NCBI GenBank assembly: GCA_965637545.1
Contig: OZ281494.1
Coordinates: 23,622,001-23,686,000, forward strand
Length of the DNA: 64,000 bases
Source of the DNA: Phallusia mammillata
Taxonomy: Eukaryota
Direction: 5' to 3'
How positions within the stretch are numbered: the first letter of the stretch is position 1; the number at the start of each line of letters is the position of its first letter. Below, piece by piece: positions 53,180-64,000 of the stretch. Under the pieces are notes generated by a model, which saw only the letters and a list, made by a program, of their open reading frames with translations, made no database searches and was not told the origin of the DNA. Both the position numbers and the translations under genes were made by a program.

Positions 53180-56100
53180 TTAAAAGTGAGTGTAGACGGT
53201 GGGGAAATTCCCTCTTGTGCAAGCATATTTGTAGACGAGAAACAACAGAGTGAGAACTCCAACAAGTGCTACCATCGCCACAAAAACAGTTGGAAGCCTA
53301 TTATCAACATCAGATCCAATGACCTCCACTTAAGCGTCGCAGGATATGCCAAAAAACAAAAGTTTTAAAAATTAAACAAAGCCAAGTTACGATTTAACTT
53401 AATGTGTGAGGTTTCTAAAGACACTTGCTAAAATACGAAGCGGTTTTCCTGAATAAATTTTGTGCGTTTTACGAATAAATCTATAGGGTTCTCAATTACT
53501 GGGAAGTTTATCGCTTAGATTAATGTTCTTGTACATGTATGTAGCGCTGCGTTATGATTATTTGCACAAGTTTTGGAATCTATTCTCAGAAAGCATTTGC
53601 ATTGGACCCGTACATGTAACAATATTCTTTAAGGGCCCTGGTCAGAAAAAAACTAAACTAAATGACTGTGACACTTTTTACACAAAACAATAAAAGGCTT
53701 TTTAGATTTCTTATCTTGTTGAAAAAAATGCTTACACATTTCAGAACACGACTTTCCATCGTCCATGAGTCTTCTTCCACCGCTGCATCTACAACTTGCT
53801 TGTCCGTCAAATTCCTCACAGATGTCGTCGCATCCACCGTTTCGCTACAGCGAGCAAAAAAATAAAACATGATATCCATTGACTATGACCAAGATCAAGT
53901 GTTAAAAAAAAACAATCAACCACCACCAGTCAATTGAACTATTCTTTCACCTCATTGCAAGAGATGCCTCGAGTGTCTGCTTGAATGGTTATTGGTCCGA
54001 AAGTAACGGTCTTCTGGTCCTTATCTGTTCCTAAACTTCTTTTGCGTTTAGCTTCACATGGCTAAAACAAAATAAAACTTCAGAAGTAAAATACAAAGCA
54101 TATTTGGTTTTCCCCGTAAAAATTTGGTTTTTCCCCGTAATGATGGAGTGCCGTTAGACGGCTACGCTAGCCAATATCGCGGAGCTCTCTTCACTAGCTG
54201 CTCTGATGAGACCTTATAGGTCGGTATTTTGTAAAGATACCCGTTATTTTCTATCGCCAAGGACAAAAAATTAAGAGTGCAAACCAAACAGAAAAGTGCG
54301 GATTTTTCAAACCATATGTTGGGCAACAAATTTGCAAAGCTACGAATATGAAATTACTGGACACTGCAGAATGAAAACCTACACTAGAAAATCACCTTAT
54401 CGTAGCAAGTATCAGAAGCTTGTGTGTTACAAACAGTCACCATACAGTGAAGGAAGATTTCCTGTTCTGGGTCAGTCAAACCAGTCCACACGAATGACTT
54501 CACCTTGAACTTGGTGAAATGACTTTGGTAATTCTCCGATACCACGATAGCATTGGGTGGGTCAAATCCATGTGTTTTAGCGCAACTGGAAAAATGATTA
54601 TGTAAATATAGGTGGTTGTTTGCAAGCCATGTGGCGTTATACCTTATTATACCCATAAACTAGACACCAATACGTGATTGTAAAACAAATATATTATTTA
54701 GCTTTCGTTTATTGTGCCGCTCCACAATCCTTTTGTAAAAGTGTAATTCAAGCACTCGTTTACACTTTTAAATAGTTTTTTTTTGTTTAATCTTACCCTC
54801 CATCAATTATTTCATACGATGGGTCCATACTGTCGGCACTTGCAGTTGCCCAACAGGTCGGCGTCTGAAAAACACGGCAATCGTAGCAACTAATGAAGAT
54901 TTACATAAAAATCACAAAGCTACCTGTAGTACGAAGTCACTTGAATCGGCTTCAAGTTTAAGTTGGGCGAAAATGTAATGGAATACCGGAATAACGATAG
55001 GACTTCCAGTCAGAATGTTGTTGTAAGATTCAGTTTGATAGAGATCAAACTTCACGTCAAAGGCGCCTTGAAACGGATCAAGACTAGAACCGATTTGTCT
55101 GCAAAAATAAAGTAGGACATGATAAAGTAGTTACAACGCAACAGGTTCAAGTTGCAACACAAAATCATCCAATAATCATGAGATGAAAGTAGTGTGTACG
55201 AAAATGTAGTTAAAATGAAATCCATCATCAAATAAAATTTTCCATGTTGGCGTTAGCATGTTCTTTACTAAGATAACAGCTTACCTGATGTATGGTTTGA
55301 CCATTTGACTCATAACTTGCGTTTCTCGGTCAAAAATGCAGCTCAGTTCAATACACTTTGTGCTCGGAAATCGGTTGATGGGTTTGTGAAAATTGTTAGC
55401 ATTTCGGGCAATTTGAAAGACATATGTATATTTAAGTGTGTCGTTTGGCTGCTGGTTCTAAATTGAAAATGTGTATTGCGATAAGTTTCGTTATGTACAG
55501 CAGGGGTCGGCAATCTTTTTTGCACTGCGGACCGCTTTTGAAATGAAAATTTTACCGCGGACCGGTCATAAAAAAACTACAAATATTTAGCAATAAAAAC
55601 GCTTAAATTAGTTTATCATCCCCGAAATACATGAGCAAAATGTTCATAGCATTTACCCTGAAAAATTATACGGCCCGGTAACGAACTCCTCGCGGACCGG
55701 TACCGGGCCGCGGACCGGCGGTTGCCGACCACTGATGTACAGAACACTCTTTTAAATTGGGTTTGCTCTTTTAAATGGTCTACTTTATGGTTCTGCATTA
55801 AATAAGCAGAAATTTGGACATATGTAATTGTAAAACAAGAATATTTTAGAACTGTTTCCACATTACGGTTTCATTAAGGCAAAAAATTATTCTGTTTTTG
55901 TTAGTTCAGCAAAAACTTGATAAAAACGAAAAAATGTAGGCCATTTAACGATATTTACCGAGGGAAGAAATTTGTCCTGGTGTACTTCAACCCGTGGTTC
56001 GCACTCATCCAAGCTGACTGTGATATTATGCGACATGAGGCCAAAATCCGTGATCTTGCATTTCGGGTCAAGTGACAAAGTGTCATTGGTGGACATGATG

Positions 56101-58816
56101 TCACGTGATGTAATGACAATTTCATCGCCTTGCTGAGGATTAATTGCGTTTGTGTCAGCAATACCGATCCTGAATCGAAAAATAAAGTTTGCAAAAACAT
56201 TTTTTCCGAGATTTAGTTAAATTTCGACCTCAATTTAATGTTTTTAGTTGCACGGAACCCCTAAGGCAGTGATTCCCTACCCAGGGGAATTCCTCCCAAG
56301 CAAAAAATTTAAATTTTGAAAATTGAGGGGGGGGGATCTAATTCAATTTCTACTTCTACTCGTTTTCTACGATTTGGTTGTTACACCCAGCAATTCTCTC
56401 GAAGCGAATTGAAACTGGGGTTATCACTTCACCTAGCACGTACTAACCATGGTCCCATAGCAGTGGTTTTCAAACGGTAGTATGGTGAGCCCAAAGATAT
56501 TGAAACAGTTAATTTATGGGATATGAGTGTTGACGTTATATTTTATATCGTTTTCATACACTGATGGTGCTTATAATAGCGAAATGCAATTGTTTTCGTA
56601 AAACAAATAAAACACAGCGACCGATTTAGTGGTTTTCACGCTGAATTTTCTTGATACATGTTTACGCAGAAGCGACATGCTATAAGTTACTATATATCAA
56701 ACGTTTCGACAAACGCTCCTGCCATCATCAGTGAAATTATCCATGTTGCCCACAATTTTGGTTGTTTTATGAGTGCGCCCTAGAGAGTTAGAAAATGTTA
56801 ACAGACTGTGCTGGGAGGCAGAGCTCATACTAACACAAAAACTCACTAAATACCGATGGATGGCGCATAGAGCACAGTTCATATATTTAATAGTGAGACG
56901 GGGATAGGGTTAGAACTAAATTTAACGTTAGAAACTAAGTTTGTAAGTTGTTGTTGTTGTTATTATTATTATAAACCTCAACCTAACCCTAACAGCCGTA
57001 ATAACCGTCAACATTTTTACACAATTCAATTTTAAAGAGTTACAAATCCTCTTTGCGCCATCTATCGGTGTTTAGCGAACTTTTTTGATGTTTGTTCTTA
57101 TGTTAGTAGCTCCACCCCCAGCTCAGCCTGCTAACTTGTAACGTCTCAGCGTTGCTCAGCTATTTCCGGCTAGGTAAATATTTTAGCACAATCGTGCTGC
57201 TACGATTTTTTTCACCCCTTAACTCATCTCAACCTCGGTTCAAAAGCGCTGACGTAAAAAAAGAAGAATACAGGTATAAAATACCTGTTCGCATTTAAAG
57301 ATGGTGAATTAGATACCGACGTTAACCATAAACCAAAATTTCTACATTCGTGTTTGCTATTATCGGGGTTCGGGCGAACAGTCCTGGACCACTATAGTTA
57401 TAAAGGTGTTGAATCTAGTACGTTGAACATATGGAGTTTTTTTGCCGAATCCGAACTAAAAAATTGACTAAATAAACAACTTACTTGAAGTTTGGTGTAG
57501 GACTGCAAACAACGCCAGATGATGTCATCACCCCGTTAATAAATTCTTCTTGGCTCATTCCGTACATATCAACTCCAGTTAATGAAATAATATACGAAGT
57601 AACTGGTTTCAGATGACGCAAGGCGTATATCTGGATCCCATTGCCAGACTGGATCATGTTGATGTTACGTACGTTGCCAAGAGGGTCGGTAACTTGCAGA
57701 AGATAATTCTGGTTTATTTGGACAGTGGGAAACTGCCACTCAAGGTAAATAACTCGATCCTCGGGTGGGTAGGTTTCCGAGACACGAAAAATATTTGGTG
57801 GAGGACCTGGTAGAAATGATTTCGGTTTAAGATTTTGTTTTTTAAACTCGAAGTAGGTTATGTAGGGCAGGGGTCGGCAACCTTTTTTGCACTGCGGACC
57901 GTTTTTGAAACTAAATTTTTATCGCGGACCGGTCTTCAAAAAACTACAAATATTTAGCAATAAAAACGCTTAAATTAGATTTTAAATTATCATCCTCGGG
58001 ATACATGGGCAAAATGTTTTAAAGCATTTAACCTAAAAAATTATACGGCCCGGTAACGAACTCCTCGCGGACCGGTACCGGGCCGCGGATCAGCGGTTGC
58101 CGACCACTGATGTAGGGTGTATTATGATTAGAATTACCAAACGCCTGGAATTTAACAGGCATATCCGGAATTGGGCGTAAAATCTGTGTCAGGAAATATT
58201 TTTAAAAATTCCCCTAATGTCCGAAATTTTAGCCCGTTTTTGAGGGACTGTAAAGGCTAAAGTTTTTGGTTGTTTTCTGAGCGTTTTATAAAGCACGATA
58301 CAACCAACATATATGCAAAACGACTGATCAGAAAGAATTAAATGGTAGGCTAATTAGCCTAGTTATATTTTGCATTTTAAATGTCAGCAAGAACCGCTTT
58401 AAAGGAACGAAACGTCCCAAAACTATATGTCCATTACTCCAATAAACTGGTGTTACCAAATTTATGTATTAAAACCGTCAGGAATTTTCCTGACACAAAT
58501 ATGGTAACCCCAATTATGACATAAAAATATGATCAGCCTAGGCAGATTTTGCCGATAACTGCGGAAAATTATTGCAAATCTTACATCGCAACATAATTTT
58601 GTTCACCTGTTCAACTTGACACAACAACAAAGAACTAGTATCAAATACTTTAAACACACTCTACACAAAAAACTGCCTAACTTAATCCAATTAGGATTGC
58701 ACGTAACCAAGTGAATAAATGAAAAAAAGTACGTAATTGAGTTTTAAAATATCGCAAAACTTACCTCGAACAACAGCAACCAGGAATAACAAACACAAAA
58801 TCTGCAACATTTCCAT
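53180..58816 (-). CDS. Type-I membrane ZP-domain protein, SP-FN3-ZP-furin site-EGF-TM (10 exons, 519 aa)
   Basis: Exons 58816-58765, 57806-57485, 56169-55959, 55457-55285, 55098-54924, 54864-54797, 54585-54396, 54061-53951, 53844-53736, 53328-53180 total 1560 nt in frame. Signal MEMLQILCLLFLVAVVRG; FN3 (LEWQFP...LRHLKPVTSYIISL); ZP-C (FDLYQTESY, TCWAT, FLHCMVTVC); KRKRS then TVTFGPITI; EGF CNERNGGCDDICEEFDGQASCRCSGGRRLMDDGKSC; TM VFVAMVALVGVLTLLFLVY. Confidence 0.88.
55501..55734. mobile_element. hAT MITE family copy 3 (ZP gene intron)
   Basis: TIRs CAGGGGTCGGCAA / GTTGCCGACCACTG; 8-bp TSD ATGTACAG. Confidence 0.88.
56697..56734 (-). ncRNA. Minimal type-I hammerhead ribozyme motif, sense in a ZP gene intron
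   Basis: TCA-CTGATGA-T-GGCAG(gagcgt)TTGTC-GAAAC-GTT-TGA: core boxes present, stem II with two G-U pairs, 3-bp stem I, GUU triplet. Confidence 0.55.
56801..57130. mobile_element. Long-TIR MITE in ZP gene intron
   Basis: Diverged ~70-80 bp inverted repeats (...ctaaataccgatggatggcgcatagag / ctctttgcgccatctatcggtgtttag...) around TAGGGTT/AACCCTAA-like repeats; shares GAGCTACTAACA with the 38673 MITE. Confidence 0.6.
57868..58109. mobile_element. hAT MITE family copy 4 (ZP gene intron)
   Basis: TIRs CAGGGGTCGGCAACC / GGTTGCCGACCACTG; 8-bp TSD ATGTAGGG. Confidence 0.88.
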
Positions 58817-60668
58817 GTTTCACCACACACAAAATACAAGTATAATTCGCTTCCAACAACAGGCCAATGTAGATGCTGCAACTGTGACCTGTATGCTGCT
58901 TTGTAAATTCTCGATACGGGGGTTTGTATGCATTGAGTCCAAATGTAATCTGGCAGAACAATCGTCGTGCGCTCCGAACCGTCGCGTCATTTCCGTGCCA
59001 CGAAAGGTGTGCGCCATGATATCTTTGATTATTCCGTCCTCGTTTAGTTTTTCAGATGATTCATGCACCGAAACACACACACCGGATCCTCTTCTACATG
59101 TACGCGTCTGTCATATGCTGAGTTTATAATTTTTTTTTGCAGTGGCTTGTGGAAGAAAACCGATTCGGATCCACCAATTTGTTTTGTTTGATAGACAAAA
59201 TAAAACAGGTGGCTGCTTACATGCATTGCAAGCATAGTCTAAACTTTCCACACACAAAGAACAACAAAACTCGTTTTTGCAACAATGGTTAAGATTCATT
59301 AAACATTTTTTTGACACAGATGAATTGTATTCTGCTTTTTGAACCACAAAATTTCACATATTAGTTCAACATAATTAAAAAAACCTAACACTTTAAACGA
59401 ACAATACATTTGCTGTCACATTAGAAGACCACCTATTTGAAGCTATACAATGTTAGTTCATGAGGTAGGGTCAAGGATATCCCAACTGGGTTTTATGTAA
59501 ACTTGGTGCAAAACAAATATTGCAGAGAGTTTAAATATTTTTTTCCAAATCAACCTCAGATGGATGCCCCAGCAGTATTTTTAAGACATTCAAAACAAGA
59601 AGTTTTACCACACAACCAATCACATAATGAAATAAAACTCTTGTTTGGTTACATACTGTAATGTTACAATTTGGCTTTTTTTAGCACACTTTCTTGAATG
59701 ATTTTAAAAAGTAAAATCCTCTTTTAGAGCCACTGAAGCCTTTGTGTTTTAGGACAAATACAATAGCTAAGACGGGACAGTTTATGATTCATAATTTCTG
59801 AAAAACCAAACGAAAAAAACCTGTCATTATCTCTTACAATGGCAATCTTAACTTGAAATGTACAATCCATTTGAAGATTTTTAGGTTTTCTAAGTGGAAA
59901 AAATTAAAAATAAATGTATATTTTAGCATCATTGCATAGACACTTTTTACTTATCAATTTGACAACATGTATAGTACACAATAAAATTTCTGCACAAAAA
60001 TAAATTTAACAAATATACATAAATTGAATATAGTCTTTAATAAAATATACTTAACATACAACCTTAGTTTACCAAATAATAGGGAACATAATACCTTTTT
60101 TTATAGTGGCAACATTTTTTAAGTAGTTTTGCATCAATAACCTCAATTGTACACAATATAAACAGTTATTGAAGATTATTTTATGCATAAAAGCAGCAAG
60201 GTATCAATATATCACATACATCAGGATTGGCAAACTTTTGGTGCTATGAACAGTTCAGGGAATGTTTTGCTGCAATATGGTACTCCCTGCATAGCATTCT
60301 AGGGCAACCAGACTATGTTGCAAACACAAATGAATTGTTTTAGCTTTGCCCAGCAATAAACCCCAGTGTTTGACAACCCCTGATGTACATGGCAAATCAT
60401 AAAAACAATCTTGTGTTGGATATGATATTCAAAAGATTAACTTTTTTTTATAAAGTGTCAACCGTTAAAACAAAAATACCATGCTTGCATTTCAATTGGT
60501 TATATGGCTTGTACCGATTATAAAATTAAGAAGATTATTAACAAAATTCCTATTCAAACGACAAGTGCTTGCTTGATGAAAAAGTTAAAAGCACATCAAA
60601 ACATTCCCCAAACAGTGTTTCCACCGAAACCCAGATCAACAATCAAGGTGTCAGGGCATAGTTGAACT

Positions 60669-63440
<2,772 letters not shown>

Positions 63441-64000
63441 CTAGGTTATTGTTTTATTCTCTTGTACTATGGTGCTAGAAAATCATACTCTAAAACAAAC
63501 AATCACACATTGACACAACATCATAATTTTTGCTTGATTTGGGCCATTTTTCAGGATAGTGCAAAAATGTATTTAGCAAGTCATACAGACACACTGCTTT
63601 TTACATGCAAAAAATTAAATATATAGCTTGGCTTGTAATTTTTGAGATTTTACAACTAAATAATTGCTGACAAAAGAAATGTTCTGCATTTGTATGAAAA
63701 ATTTTGTTTTGGAATTATTATTTTACAGGGTCACATGCAAATTTTTCATCATTTTCTGGTGCCCAGGAAAATAAACCTATTCAAGCCTTTTTTTTCATTT
63801 TTTGCAAGCAACAAGCTTGAATTGAGAAGACAACCGAGAGAAGCATTTCGGCTCAGAAACAACATCAACAAAACTTTACAAGCAAACTTACTATCTAGTA
63901 GCACGACCAAACTTACAGGCTATAGATTAAAAAGACAGATTTTTAAAGCTGATGCATGTGAGCACACTCATGTTGCACATAAGCAGCTGTACACGAGTAA

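Noticed and set aside
56948-56975. (GTT)n(ATT)n microsatellite
   Set aside because: Short simple repeat inside a MITE; no sign of function.
58737-59129. 130-aa plus-strand ORF and 86-aa minus-strand ORF upstream of the ZP gene
   Set aside because: No recognisable domain; they overlap the CpG-rich promoter or 5' UTR and signal-peptide exon of the ZP gene. A uORF role cannot be excluded.
59111-59347. Cys-rich 78-aa ORF as another defence peptide
   Set aside because: It starts at GTG, has no signal peptide, dibasic/acidic tail or splice support, and lies in A/T-run-rich intergenic sequence.

Overview
AT-rich, intron-dense animal DNA, most consistent with an ascidian (inferred from short introns and gene content, not proven). 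Left to right: (1) the 3' part of an outer-arm dynein heavy chain gene (DNAH5/8-like, +); (2) CFAP418 and intronless TRMT10C (both -, 211 bp apart); (3) an 11-kb four-layer transposon nest, hAT-like > Gypsy > L1/Tx1 LINE > intact BEL/Pao, with TSDs read for the two inner insertions; (4) a duplicated dynein fragment abutting the nest; (5) four small three-exon genes encoding secreted precursors: signal peptide, disulfide-loop Trp-rich peptide, KR/KK, acidic tail; (6) a 10-exon FN3-ZP-furin-EGF-TM gene; (7) the 3' part of PCYT2 with a U12-type intron. The two best novelty candidates are the Trp-rich peptide family and the BEL/Pao element, which lacks a tRNA PBS and instead has a 10-nt match to its own LTR (possible Tf1-like self-priming). 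Two minimal hammerhead ribozyme motifs sit in introns. Exon models were spliced and translated by hand; no database searches were run.
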